Shown here one piece after another: positions 41,345 through 55,020 of a stretch of DNA of 64,000 nucleotides (its first letter is position 1; every line of letters starts with the position of its first letter). The translations under genes and the position numbers were made by a program. Below the pieces are notes generated by a model. It was not told the origin of the DNA and did no database searches. It saw only the letters and a list, made by a program, of their open reading frames with translations. The stretch is from the NCBI GenBank assembly GCA_030141605.1, contig JAQGDQ010000006.1, positions 744,001 through 808,000 on the forward strand, read 5' to 3'. Source of the DNA: Tubiluchus corallicola (taxonomy: Eukaryota; Animalia; Priapulida).

Positions 41345-44300
41345 CTAGTAGCCATAAGATCCGGCATGCTGTTCATACATCATGCTGGCCTGTTGTGGTG
41401 CAGCTTGTCTGGGTAACCTAACTCCTGAATTCATTTGTTGATGCTGCTGTTGTTGATGCGGCAATTGTTGTCGTTGTTGCTGTAGCTGTTGCAACTGTTG
41501 CTGATGCATCTGCTGCTGTTGATGGTGCTGCATCTGTTGCGGGCGTTGTGGATGTGGTTGCTGCTGTTGTGGTTGTTGTTGCTGTTGCCATTGAGTCCAC
41601 TGCTGCTGATTCCATTGTTGATGCTGCTGGGCCTGTGTCGACGTCAAACGATTTTCGTTAATACGGCTCTGTGCGTCTACAGCCTTAACACTGTTTAGAT
41701 TTTGTAAGAGCTGAGGTCCCGTCTGAATGAGATTTTCCAGTGCTTTTTGTATGTTTGGATTGTCAAGATTAATACCACTCACAGATGCAGCACCAATGGA
41801 TGATGTAGGAGCAGCAACCGAAGGGGTGGGGGCTTGAGAAACTAGGGTTGGAGGAGAGGGTGGAGCAGGTGCTGGCTTGTTAAGTACAGACAAAATTTTT
41901 GCTTGGAGCTCCTGCTGCTGTTTAAGAAGAACTTTTTGCTGCAGAAGTTTTGACTCTTCATCAACTGTTGCTGAAGGAGCAGCTGGCGAGTGCTTCACTT
42001 CATCTAAAATAACAGACAATAATGAGCAAAAAGTGGAAGTGTCTCACTGACTTTCAATGACCCTAAAATCCAATAAATGTAGGTGATAAAACTAGTACAC
42101 ATGATACTGATACAGTGTATAAGTAAGACAAATGTATTTTGCCAAAAATAACTTATCAAACAAAAATGTCATTATTTTCAAGCATGGTCTAACAAACATA
42201 ATATAGAGATTTAATAATACTCACCAACACGTGGAGGCAAAACAATGCCTTCCAACTCTGCTTGCTTTTTTAGACGATCTTCCAAATAACTAATAATTTT
42301 ACCCAATTGATTAACCGTTACATATTTTCCTTCAGCCACCATTGTCAACAAAAGATTAATGTTCAAATCGGGAGCTGGCACTGGCGCACGAGTTTCCGAT
42401 GGTCTCCTACGCTCAGACATGTAACTGTCAAAGTTGCGGGCGACTAGGCTTAGCGCATCCTCCAGAGGCATGTTCCTGTGCTCTGTTGCGAAAAGTAAAC
42501 AACACAATGACATGTTAGCAAACTCACTATAAAACGCAGAACATGCACACTTCTTACACTGTATTGATGTACCAGCCCCATTAGCATGTTTTACTGATTT
42601 CCAAAAACAAAAAAAAACAACAGCTAACATTATACGAGGTGTCCATGTAATGGAAAACTACATAACATGGTGCACATTGCGGAGCAGACATTTTATTGTG
42701 CTTTTTAAATTATTTTCAGAATAAATACAATAATTAGTGGCAAGTGAACGTCAAACTCTATATAACTAGAATAACATGAAACAAATTCACTTAAAAGTTT
42801 TAAGAACTTGATGTAGCAATACGCCGAAAGTACAATGCTGGATAAATTACCTTTCAGTTACAATTTTTAAGCATTGTATGTACTATAATGTGGCATTACT
42901 TTTTGTCATTACTTTTTATAGGTCTGACATTTAGTCATTATTTGTTTTCAAAGCACACCTCAGCTGGTTCAAGTAATTTTATTTGAAGCTCAAGTAAATA
43001 AGTAACAACATTTAAAGTTTTAATAGTTCATCACACGGTCACACTTAAAGTTTCATGAAGCTGACACTGAAACTGCCATTTGAATGAAAAAAACTGAAGT
43101 GGCTATATTGTATACATGTAATTCAGCAACATAAAAGCAAAGGATGTATGGACTATAAGCTTAGAAAAAGACACAAGTGGAGTGGAATATTGAGGAAAAG
43201 TTGAAAAACTCACAAGAATAAAACTCACAAGTGGCTATCATAACTATGTGGATATCAGTATCAGAAGGTATGTACTTTATGCAGAGCTCAATATGGGAGA
43301 ATATGGCTGCATGCTTTGGGGGAACAAAATCCATTTCATCTGTGAGAAGAAAAACTATATGGAGCCCTCTAAAAATAGTTTTCTCACACATAGGGTTATA
43401 TGCCTATTGTAAAAATGTGTTTCATTTGCCTCAAAGAAATTATCAATAAGATTAGAATTTATCTGCTCTCTGTGATCCAGCCTGCCTCCAAAATATTGAA
43501 ATTACGCGCTAGTAACAGAACATAATAACAACATTAAAAAAGAAAGAATTAAAAAATCCATTTAATTACGCCTTTTTGTATTGCAATATAAAACAAAAGA
43601 ATGAAATAAGCAATGTAGTTGTGTTGTAATAGAAATTTCATCTATTTAGCAACTGATTTAAATTCTTCATGTAAAAATACGTCATGTGTCTTATATCTGT
43701 CTCGGCAATCTAAAGCACATTTTGGCAGTGGTATTTACTTTTTGCTGATAATAAAAATTCCGAGCAAACTTTGATAACTGCATTAACAGCACCAACATTA
43801 AACAGAATGTGTTGGTAGCCATCATTCAATGTCCAACTCCATAAAATCCAAAAAAAAAACAGGAATAAAACTTTACAAAATCAATGAACTTCAAAAGTCA
43901 GAATTTCAAAATTCAATGAACTCCAGAATCAATATCAGGAGGGAACTGGTATTCCAGATCCTGCCCCAAAGCGATATTGTGGTGCCAGCAAATGTAATAG
44001 ACTCTTGGCCAACAGGAATTCATCAACACTAAATTTATCACTAAAAACTAAAAAGCCAATGGTACAATTTCACCTCCCACGTACCTCCATCACCATAAAT
44101 AATGTATTAGTATAATTATATAAAAATATATAATAAGTTTCAGCAAAACTAACACAGTATTGTATTATTTAAGCATCATTGCAATCACGCGTTATTAGTT
44201 TTGTCTTTATGTATATGTATATATACATATTGTGCTCATTATTGTGCATAGTAGGCCTAGATGACACCATCAGAAACTACGCAATACTGTAGTTCCAAAC

Positions 44301-47300
44301 TGTATGTTATGCATTTATTTGTGCCCATTAAAAGTATTAAAAGTAGTTAAACAAGTACGTGCAGCAGATTTTGTGCACCACCTACTTCAACGAGGCTAAA
44401 TGTAATCAGATCTCATTTCACTATAGCCATTTACAGAATACCTGTGCTCTACGATACGTAATCTACTTAGGTACTACTTCATATGAATTAAAAAGCTGCA
44501 ATATGGATTGTTTGTAAGCCCACTATTATTACGACCACAAACATTTAATAAACTCCCTTTGAATTATGTGAAATTACCCAGGGATTACGAGAATGATTTT
44601 CTTCCAAGTTAAAGTCTGTATGCATAAATTTCAATTAAAAAATAATTGTTATCCACTTTCCAGGGCATAAAAAGTGTAACAATTAGTTTTGTTTAAAATC
44701 TATATGATCTATAATAAAAAATGTGTAATGCAACATTAGTTGCACACTGACATTTTTTACTAGCTTTTGTAACCGAAGATACGCTAAATACCATTAAACA
44801 TGATAATGTCATTAGTTGGCGCATTTTAGCAGATTTCTTTTGAAAAAACAAAAATGCACTGCAACAAGTGGTTAAGTCATGCTAAGGTCAAGTACTAGCT
44901 TTTTGCCTTCTCAGACCGAGCGGCACATTTTGCTCTCAGCTTAGCCAAGTAGAATCAAAACAGTACAACTGTTCACTTAAAAAACTTTTCATGTCTTGCG
45001 GCTGCGCAACAACCAAAAAAAATAAACCTAAGTTTTTCGCAACACATTTTTGACGAAGCACGGCAAAGACAAATTTCCTTTTTGGCAAAAAATTCCAAAC
45101 ATCAATACCCTGTTAGCAGAAATTCGCGTATTATACGCGATATTTGCATTACGAGTTACGCTATCAAATAACCTTCTTACAACAGGTAAAACAAGTAAAA
45201 AATCCGTGACACCAAGAAAGTATATCAATTCGTCGCAGTGGTGGTAACAGCACACAAAATCACACGCTAGCGCCACAGAGTGCAAGCCACCATAGCAAAC
45301 AAAAACGAAATTTGCATTTGGCATTGAATTTACTACGGGTAAAATAAACGGCATTTAGGCATATTACTACATGGAATTACTATGTGCTTATTTTATATGC
45401 AGAGTTCTCTGTTAAATGTAACACTAATTTTAAACCAGTTAAAGGAATGAAAAGTTTAGCAACACTGTCATAAAAAGTCTACAAAAACAATATCTGAGAT
45501 ACAGAACTAGTAAATGTGGTAAATCTAAATCAGAAAATAAAAACATTCTACTGGCTGATTCAATGGTAGTCAAATGGTTTCACTTAGGCCAGTGATACAA
45601 TGAAACAAATCACACGTGTGGAGTTCTTATAGGACAAAAACAAAAAAAACAAGCAAATTATGCTTTTGTGTTGGAAAAGATTCTTTTAAATTTTTATAAG
45701 TAAAAAACAAAAACAGCATCCACAGCAGAAGATTTCAAAACACATAGTACCAAATGATTAAATTGTGGTAAAGCATGACAGTTGCTGATTCAAAACTGTC
45801 TGAAGGGTCTTCACGTTTATTTGGTATAGGCAAACAGGCACTGACTTAATGAGACTTCTATATTGATTAACAAGTTGTATATGCAGTAAATTCTTATCAT
45901 GTACAACAAAGTTAAACTTTATTACAAACAGATCGGATACTGACCCACCTTTTCCCTGCACACATTCCTATGTTACTTAGACTGACTTAGTCTGACCTGG
46001 CCACTAGCAAGCATGTACAGTACATGTGTCAACAGACTTGTTGGCAAGTAGTGTTCAGCAATTCCACAAATTCAAAATTTACAAACAATATAAATTGATC
46101 CTGGTGAGCATCTCTTCATTAAAAAGGTACAGTTTATTATTTCTAAACATAAAATTAGAAAAAATATCAGTAATGTTAAGTAACTGGGTGCATACTGCCT
46201 TGATTTAAATTATCCCAGTGTAGCACTAAGTTTAAAGAAGACAGTTACTAGCAAATCAACAAAAGTTCTAAATTTCCAAAAACAATTTTATGTTGCTTTT
46301 GTGTTATAATCAATTCTAATGCATTGTAGCCTATTAAGCATAGTAGTGCAATTAACAAGTTAAGTAGTAGGAAAAGCTTACCTTGGGGTGTACCATGTAG
46401 AATGTTCAGCGTGATAGAACGATGCACCTCATTTTGTATATTTATAACAACAGCGTAGCGACATTGACGTCGAATTGCATCATCCAGTATCTACAGAAAG
46501 AAAAACTTAATGACAGTTAAGCAATAAATGTTAATTATTGCATCAATATGCTTTAGGCATTTAGATTCTTAGAATAGGATTGTATAAAGGAAGAGCAAAA
46601 TAGTTACCTGCTGTAACATGGCTTCATCTGTCAGTAATATTATACCGCTGACGATACCGATTTCTCTTAAACGTCTCTCTATGTATTCACCATATTCCCT
46701 TTAAAGGCAAAAGACAAATGTAAAAGACTTATATATGTAAGTCTGAGCTCTTCTAAGTAGAATTCAAAACCTTTCAGAACTTGTATGAACCAAAACAGAC
46801 AATAGAATACATTTATACAGTTAAATTGAACAAATAAAACAAACATTAAGAGGTAATTCACAGATATTCAAAAGTAATTCAATGAAAGCTAAAAACACAC
46901 CTAAGTGTAGTATTATGTAAAATAATTTCACATTCTCCAGCTGGTGATTTACGTCTTGTATCTCCGTATGAATAGGGATCATCTCTTAATGGTCCAGGGT
47001 CTCTTCTGAAATTAAATGCTATATTAGATAATGCATATTACTGGAACACAGGCAAAGAGGCAGCTCATAGAGTTTCCTAGTTTTTCCATATTTTCAAGTT
47101 ACATTACACTGAATTGTGGAAAAGTGAAACTTAAAAAATGAATAAAGCCTTTTTTTATAAAACAGATTTTTATTTTTCAATGAAAAATTGATGGACAGTA
47201 ATTAAGCGAATAACGTTTCTCAGATATTTAGAGCATCACTGAAGCAAAGAGTGTATTATAAATAAGTTAGAGTAAGTACAGCAACAAAAATAATGAGGAT

Positions 47301-48957
47301 AATCAATGGAAACTCTATAAATAAGAAGAGAAAGGAGGGTTATTGAGATCGGCTCTTGGCACTCAAATTTAAGTCTCTACTAACTTAAACCCAAGAATAT
47401 TTTGGTAATTAACAAATACTGCATTTGCAGACAATAAGGCAGAGATTTTCTGACACAAAATCTAAGAGCTGATGTTGAGTGGACTAATGTTAGACATATA
47501 CAAGTTATTAAGACTATGTCATAAACGGTCTCTACTTATGTTTGACAAATAATGTTTAACATCTTTGGTATGGCAATCACAGATACATCTACGACAAACT
47601 ATGTTACCAGTACTATCCTTGTTGCAACCCTGACTGTTTGGATGATCATTTAACTGAGCACACTCAATTGGTAACATAAAGTGGTGAACCAAATTTGGTC
47701 TAGTTGCCTAGTGATCCATGCAGGACACTAAATTGTATATCACAAATTAGATTATAAAATCTTAAAGGACGAGGGTGACTTTACGGGATCAGGAAGCATG
47801 ATCTAAGCAGTCATGGCTGACGGAAAATAGAGCAACAAAAATAAACATGGTAAGTTTATGAAGTAAATGCCTGTGATGGGAATAGTAAAAATTAGCATCG
47901 TAATATAAGTTAGATGTGCTAGAGACATAAGGCTTTTGTACAAACATAGGCATCATATTTTATCATATCATATCATATGCATATCATCAAGATTAACAGA
48001 TGGTATGTTTTCTAACACACGTCAGCATATTCAAAACTTGGGTTGCATCATGGCTTTATAGAGGTGTTCGAGAACTGCATTCAATGTTCGATAGCAATAG
48101 TGTAAGATATTTTTTCACACGTTATGATGGCTGAGATCAACACATAAATTGGCTTTTTCGACAACAGATTCATCGTGACGGTTCCAGTTTAAATTTGCTC
48201 CTAAATGTAAGACCAGGTGTTTATGGGAGGTGACTCACGATAATAGGCTGTTATTAAGGTACAAATTAGGGTAGAAGGGCATTTGGTTTGTAAGTGAATA
48301 ACATAACTTCGTTACGGATATGCTAAGAGTAACACTCCACTGCACAAGCCAACTTTCAATAGCTTTTAAACAATAATAAATTTCATTTGTACTAATGACA
48401 GGGCTTTCTCTTTGCTGACAGGTCTGATAGGTTCGAGCTGTGACGGGTCTGATAGATTTGAGCTAGAGCGAAACCAGTGGGCTTGACATGTCATGTTGCT
48501 TTATGTTAAATAACAGTCTATTGTGAGGAACCCTGCCATTTGCTTCAGAAATATCCAAAACACAGTTAAGATTCTACACTGCTTGGATAATATTAATCGA
48601 TCATGGGCATCTGTTAGCACAGAGTTCTTGAATGGAGTATGGCACAATTTGTGATCGTACAGCATTACAGAAACACAGACGCAGGTCTAGCAGTTCTTTG
48701 TGAAAATGATTTTCCCAATGAGCTTTAAACTATTGGACTAGATGTTGCATCGAAAATCTGATAATTTGGGATTTAAAGCCTAACAGTACTTTCAAAACTC
48801 AATCTTTTCATTATCATTTAGCTCTACATTTTAAATTTCCAAATGCTAAAATTCATATTTATACGCCTGTTGTTTTCATTCGTAAATTTTGCACTTGTAC
48901 CTAAACTCAAAAAAAAACGACTTCCCAAAGTGTAGAATTACACACACACGCACACGC

Positions 48958-49019
<62 letters not shown>

Positions 49020-51544
49020 ACCCAAACACCCACCCGCCCACTCATGGTTTTTGTGATTCAAGACTATATGCAGAAACTCTTCCAGGTGTCCATGTAATGT
49101 GTAAACTGCTATATACATTATGCAATTACTGATATGTGAAATATTATCTTATAACATCAAACTTTGTGCAGAAGAATCTTAAACTCAAAGATTGACACTC
49201 ATGTAAGGAAAACTAAAAATACAAAGCTGAATTAAGAACTGCAAACCCTGTAATGATTCACTCATCATCAATCAAAATTATAAAATGAACTAATAATTTT
49301 CAGGTCAACATACCTGTAAAGTTCATCTCGCGGAGGCGGTCGATCATAATATGGATCACTAGGCCGTCGTGCATATGGGTCATCTCGGTAAGGATCCCTG
49401 TCATATAATTCATCACGTATACGTGCAGGAGGTGGAGGGTCTCTATATGGATCTCTAAAAAACACAGCAGAGGATTTACACATACAGCATGCCGGTTTGT
49501 GTGTCATACAGCTAGTGTGCCAACTGATCTTAACTGACGACCATTTTCTGGGTTACTGCAACAAAGTGCTTAACTTACCAACAGCAAATTACTTTTGCAC
49601 TATCATGCACATACACTACCTCTAATAACTGATTCAGTTAAATAACTTTAACAATATTTTAAGCATTTATTGTGAATTATACAAACTAAGGGCAGTGAAT
49701 AATAATTTACAATCAAGGCATTCTTAAAAACTACGACAATCTATAAAATTGCCTAAGTTAAGTATATTAAACTTTTAACAGCGGAAAATAAACAAACATT
49801 TCTATTCCAAAATACCGTCTGTACTCGAAGTCATCACGTCTACGAAATGGAGATCTTTCACGCTCCCTTGGAGGATAACCTCGACCACTTCTTTCATACG
49901 GATCATCTCTAAGACGAAAAAGGTAATAGCAGACATTATCATTTGAAAAATAAAGGCTTATCAAAACCAAAAACATTCCAGGAAGTGGCATCATAAATCC
50001 AAGAGCATCAACAAAAAACAATGTGAATTACTAACCACACAAGAAGAATTTTATCACGAGTTGATTAATAGAGCAATGAACAAAAGTGCTGTACCTGGGT
50101 GGGCCACGACTCCTAGTCGTTTTTTCTGCGACCATATGCACATCTGAAAGTCATGAAAATAGATGTAATGTTGGCTTGTTCTTATCTTCTGTTTTTTGTT
50201 TTAAGTGTTACTTTTTATACATTTTTGCATACTGCAAGCCAGAATCTAGGACGCAGTAGCCTTCATTCATTTTCGAACTAGGCTTGGCACTAACAATATA
50301 ACAACTATGTATTTGGGTAATGCCTTTGCATATAAATTTTCACCAATGACATTATTTTACAACATAGAAATTGTTACTTTCAACTAATTTTTTATACCCG
50401 CATGAACTATTCAGATTACAAAAAAACTTGCCCAAAGAATAATCTTTTATTAATTTTCGTCTGTAAGTTTCTCATCAATAAAACAACTATAAATATTTTC
50501 CCATTTAAATTAGCTGTCTACCAAATAAAATTTCACTTTCAAATAAGAATCAACATTTGCTAAACCTGTGGTGTTGCATTTGCACATTTCTCCCAATTGT
50601 GGTAAGAATTAAGGCTGGTAAACTAAAAGCATTTTCATGACTTTATTTCAAGCACAAGTGCAATATTAGGCTAGCTCTACAGATATGATCATTTGAAAGT
50701 ACATTTTGCTATTTTCAGAAACTGTAAACATTTAAATTGTCATTTTGACTTTACTTAACTTATGTAAATTGTATTGATTATAGTATAATATTATTTTACA
50801 GTCTGATGATGTGTAGAATGATCTGCAAAACATTAGGCACTATTTTAGATAAATCTGGAACCAACGCCTCATTTTTTTCGTTAATTATGTTGCTATAACA
50901 AAGAGCATGATTTTCTCACCAAGTGCCATTCCACGATAATCTGTATTATCCTCTCGTTCACAGGCTGCTTTAGCGTCGTCCTCGTGCTCAAATTGTACAA
51001 ATGCAAACCCCCTGTGTATGGATATACCTAGACAAAATAAAACTGTACTAACAGGGCTACACAGACATGTATTAAAACAAAAGTACACGAAAGCTTATAT
51101 ATCAGATGGTGTAAAAACTGGCACTGAAGATTTGATAATGTAAAAGAAATTTTGCAAAATTTTCGAGCATATACATGAAAATTCATTGATGCTCTCTAAC
51201 AAGTTTTACTTCTGTTTCGTAATGATTCAAATATGGTCAAAACAATCAAAACACTATCACGACATCACTTTTACAAAAAAGTTTTGAAACATAAATGTTA
51301 TACCGAGTATCTTGCCGTATTTGTCAAATTTTTCTTCTATATCTTTTTTGTCGACTCTATCAGTAGCAAGGCAGCCAATAAAAACTCTGGCCTTCACTAA
51401 TCTAGGATTTGCACTATTAGTTATGTTTGAAACACTGGTAACGGAGTAGTCGCCTCTTGATCTCGACAAACTCCTTGGTCTTGACAAACTTCTGCTCCTG
51501 GACCTAGATCTTGATCGAGTTCTCCGTCTCCGGTCGCTGTGCAT
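41345..51544 (-). CDS. NCOA5: Nuclear receptor coactivator 5 / Neosin-type RNA-binding protein: RS tract, RRM, RD-rich region, NCOA5 anticodon-binding-like domain, Q-rich tail, 617 aa
   Basis: Minus-strand exons 51304-51544, 50920-51027, 50095-50143, 49816-49908, 49314-49454, 46901-47005, 46608-46698, 46382-46490, 42225-42482, 41345-42003 (1854 nt, all phases consistent). [43 protein letters not shown] and INLDNPNIQKALENL match recalled NCOA5 motifs. Candidate poly(A) signal at 40953-40958. Confidence 0.93.
43229..43339 (-). other. Candidate cassette (poison) exon in the long NCOA5 intron
   Basis: Acceptor TTTTTCTTCTCACAG|ATGAAATGG, donor CACTT|GTGAGT, second donor 15 nt downstream; 111 nt, open in the NCOA5 frame, forms TAG on joining the next exon. 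Confidence 0.5.
47750..48800 (-). mobile_element. Highly decayed CR1/L2-type LINE reverse transcriptase fragment
   Basis: Minus-strand remnants resembling LDISKAFDRVPH (LDISEANGRVPHNRLL), SHKHL..L..NLNWNRH..SVVEKAN, LYKAMMQP.FEYA; boundaries approximate. Confidence 0.7.
48940..49021. repeat. (CA)n microsatellite
   Basis: Direct reading, with CACACG variants. Confidence 0.97.
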
Positions 51545-52299
51545 TTGGTCTCAACCTGTAAAAAATTTAATGTTACAAAACATTTTTGGAAAATGTATTA
51601 CTTTGAGAGAAACAAAGTCGAACTTAAGTTATGTGGCTCATTTTTAATACAGGTCCCTAATCTCACTTTGAGTTTTGATAGCTTCATAAATTGCGTACAT
51701 AAAACATGTGAAAAGCGAATATTCAGCCTTCATTGTTATAGACACATCAAATAAATCAACCATGATGAGTTTTGTAAAAACTGGCAACTAATACAGTAAC
51801 TATTAGGCATACCACTACTATACTACCATTAACAGTTATCACTGTTGCTATTAATATTACTGTTAGTAATATTATGCCACATATGAGTCTATGACTCTGC
51901 AACTGCAACGTAAAGTCAACCAACGATATTACGTAAGCCTATTGATGATTAGCATTTACTCATCTTTCCCAGGAATGTGCTAATTGCCTGTAGGGTTTTC
52001 CTGCTGTTATTATATTCTGGGGAACCAATGTCATATTTGATATTAAAACTAACCAATGTCCTAGAGACAAGGATGCAGGGCCCAATTCAACAAACACACT
52101 GTCCAAATCAATAACTTGATTTAAAAAGCATCCTAGTGTTTCCCAAGACAACATGTGACAAAACAAATGCTTTTTCTTGATCAGATAAAATTTTGTCTGA
52201 TATAAACTGTTGCAGTAGAAGAAACAGCTCAAAAACAGATGGAAAAAGCAAGCTGGAAAAAGAAACAGCATCATAGTCTCAGGAATGAAACATGGAACT

Positions 52300-55020
52300 G
52301 AGGGATGCAATCACGCAAAACTGACCATGCACAAAGAACTGACTAGGCACATTTTACTGATGCCGTTAGTCCAATAGATAAGCATAAAATAGTGAAATTA
52401 CTGCAGCCACTTCAGTTAGATCTGTCAAACATGAGCAGCATGATTAGCCTCAGAAACTCAAAAGTCAAAGTACTGAAAGCAGTACAGAAAAAATCCAAAT
52501 TCAAATGTGATGTTTGGCAAAAAGCTAGGGAGTTTCAAAAATAGTCTACTTATAAAGATGTGTATATTGAACTTGACCAAACTTACAGGCATGAAAGATA
52601 TAAAAAACAGAGTGGCTAAGCATCAATATAAACATAACAAAATAAAAAACACCCAAGCAACTGCCGGTGCGAGTACTGTAACCATCCAACTAGATCACTC
52701 GTCACAAATCTTCATCTCAACCTCTAGCAACAACCAAACACATCAGTCAAGAGGATGCAAATCATTCAACAACTAAAATGATAGATGACGAGTCACACTA
52801 AATGATGCCAGGGTACACCCACCCCATGTTAATATATCTTGCTTAAATGCACAATTTTTTACGGCAAAGACATTCACACTAACGCTTTAAGTTTACCAAA
52901 TAAAATTAAGCTACTGATCTGGATGCATATATTGCCTGGCACTGCCCTGAAGTAGTATATATATATCACGGAAACTTGGCTCAGCTAATCAGACTTGTTC
53001 TTTGAATTTAAATGCTACAAATCATTTCGACGTAATCATTCTGTAGGACGTCGAGCAGGAGTTTTAATTTCGGTTAAAGAATGTTTAAGTGGATCAGGAG
53101 TGTAGGAGTGTGTGCTTTGCAATATTATTATCATCTAGTTCATCTTTGTCTATCACAAATAACAATGATCTTCAAATGTTTGAACTAATTAAAACAATTT
53201 TCAAAATCTCATGTAACATCATATTGTGTGGAGATTTTAATTACCCATATGATGACTGGACATTATTCACTGGTGGTGCTAAATTTGATCAGTTTTTCCA
53301 AGTAATAAATGCTGCTTTCTTACAACAATTCGTTACAACATCTACTAGGGGAAATGCAACACTATCTTTTACTAGCCGTTGACAGTTACTTAATAGAGAA
53401 TGATAATCTAGAAATCCAAGAAAATTTTGCAACATTTGATCACTGTGTCATCCAGTGTCAAACTCATATAAGTACGATGTTCACTGATGTAACGGAGAAT
53501 AGATTTCATTGTACAGATTTTTCAGCAATTAATTCAACATTAGCTGTTTGGGAGCTTAAAGTTTCAGGCAAGTCACCTAGAACCAGCTGGCATGTGCTAA
53601 TCATTTGTTACAATGAGTTACTTAAAACACATGTTCCATTGATCAAAAAGTTTTTGATTACAACTATGCACAACAACTACAAACTCACTTGAGACCTGGA
53701 GAATGAACTTGCGCATAATGCATATTCCAACTATGAGCAAAAAGAAACAATACATTCGATCAAAAAGAAACTATGAACTGAAGCTAGCTAAAAACAAAAA
53801 AACAAGACATTAAATCTTTCTGGAAATATGTAAATTTCAATTGCATTAGCAAACCACAAGTAACGCCACTAAAAGCACAGAACAGTGACTTGGCGACAAA
53901 CCGGCAACACACAGCAGAAATCCTGGCGGTTTACCAGAGAGGATATAACAACGTTATCTTCAGAAAACCCCGGAACTGATATTCTATTCTATTACAAAAC
54001 GTTGACATAATTCACAAAGTGTTTAAAATGTCATCAAAACGTCAAACATCAACTCTGTGCAGGACTTGATGTCTTACATCCAGCTATACCAGTCAAGCCT
54101 GCACCACATCTTACCAAGCCAATAACCATTAATGGATGTCGTCATCACAGAGAACTGGAAACTCTACTTTTACACATGTATTATGATATATATACAAGGA
54201 AGGTTTTAGCAATATAGCTGGTAATTACAAACCAATTTCATTGATAAGTGTAGCGACCAAGTGACGATCAATTGCAATTAACTTACTATAATTCTTTGAG
54301 ATGTCTTCATTCATGACAATGGTTCTCCAGTTAATATGTATACTAATTATACTTGAACCTAGTTAAAGCTTTTGATAGGGTTCCGTATCAATGTCTTCCT
54401 ATCAAGTCATATGGTATATTTTTAGGGTAAGATTTTTAATTGGATCAAAGAATGGTTATTGGTTAACAAACACACAGCAGATGGTAGTAAAACAGAACAA
54501 ACAAAACAATCTTCTACACTTTCAGTTCTCTGGAATACCCCAAGGTAGTATGGACCACTGTTATTCTTATTTTTTATTTATAACATCTCCAAACTGAGCA
54601 AATCTGCAGATGACAGAAACTTGCCAGTTGTGTGTCCTGTTGCAGTATGCTGCTGATGTGCAAGCTGATTTAGATAAAACATACCAGCGGGCCAAACAAT
54701 AGCAGATGAGGGAGGTTACTTTTAACGCAGCAGACAGAAAATGCAAAATGCTATACATTGGGGAGAACAATCTGATTATCAATATCGACTCGAGAGAAGT
54801 GTCCCACCAAATGTTATTCCACCTCATTCAGTAACTAAAGCCACAAGTACAAAATATACAGACAATTCTAATTGGATGTACACAAATTTAGTTTCTGAAA
54901 CATAGAGGCAAATCTATTGAATTCACTGCCTGAAGATGTTATCAACAGCACCACTCGGCACCTTGAAAGCACGATTGGACAAATTTGCATGTACTATTAC
55001 TAGCAATCTTCTATATTACT
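52300..55020 (+). mobile_element. Decayed CR1-type LINE, antisense within the NCOA5 5' intron
   Basis: Remnant motifs: ORF1 tail (YKDVYIELD), APE (TETWL, GDFNYP, LQQFV..STRGNATL, DHCVI), KSFWKYV, GNYKPISL, KAFDRVP, SGIPQGS, ADD; many stops. Confidence 0.85.

Noticed and set aside
41418-41698. Thr/Ala-rich and Leu-rich overlapping ORFs
   Set aside because: Alternate-frame and antisense shadows of the NCOA5 polyQ codons.
45028-45354. 108-aa minus-strand ORF in the NCOA5 intron as a protein gene
   Set aside because: No recognisable motif; hydrophobic composition follows from the U-rich strand.
48876-49118. ORF with poly-(VC)
   Set aside because: Translation of the (CA)n microsatellite.
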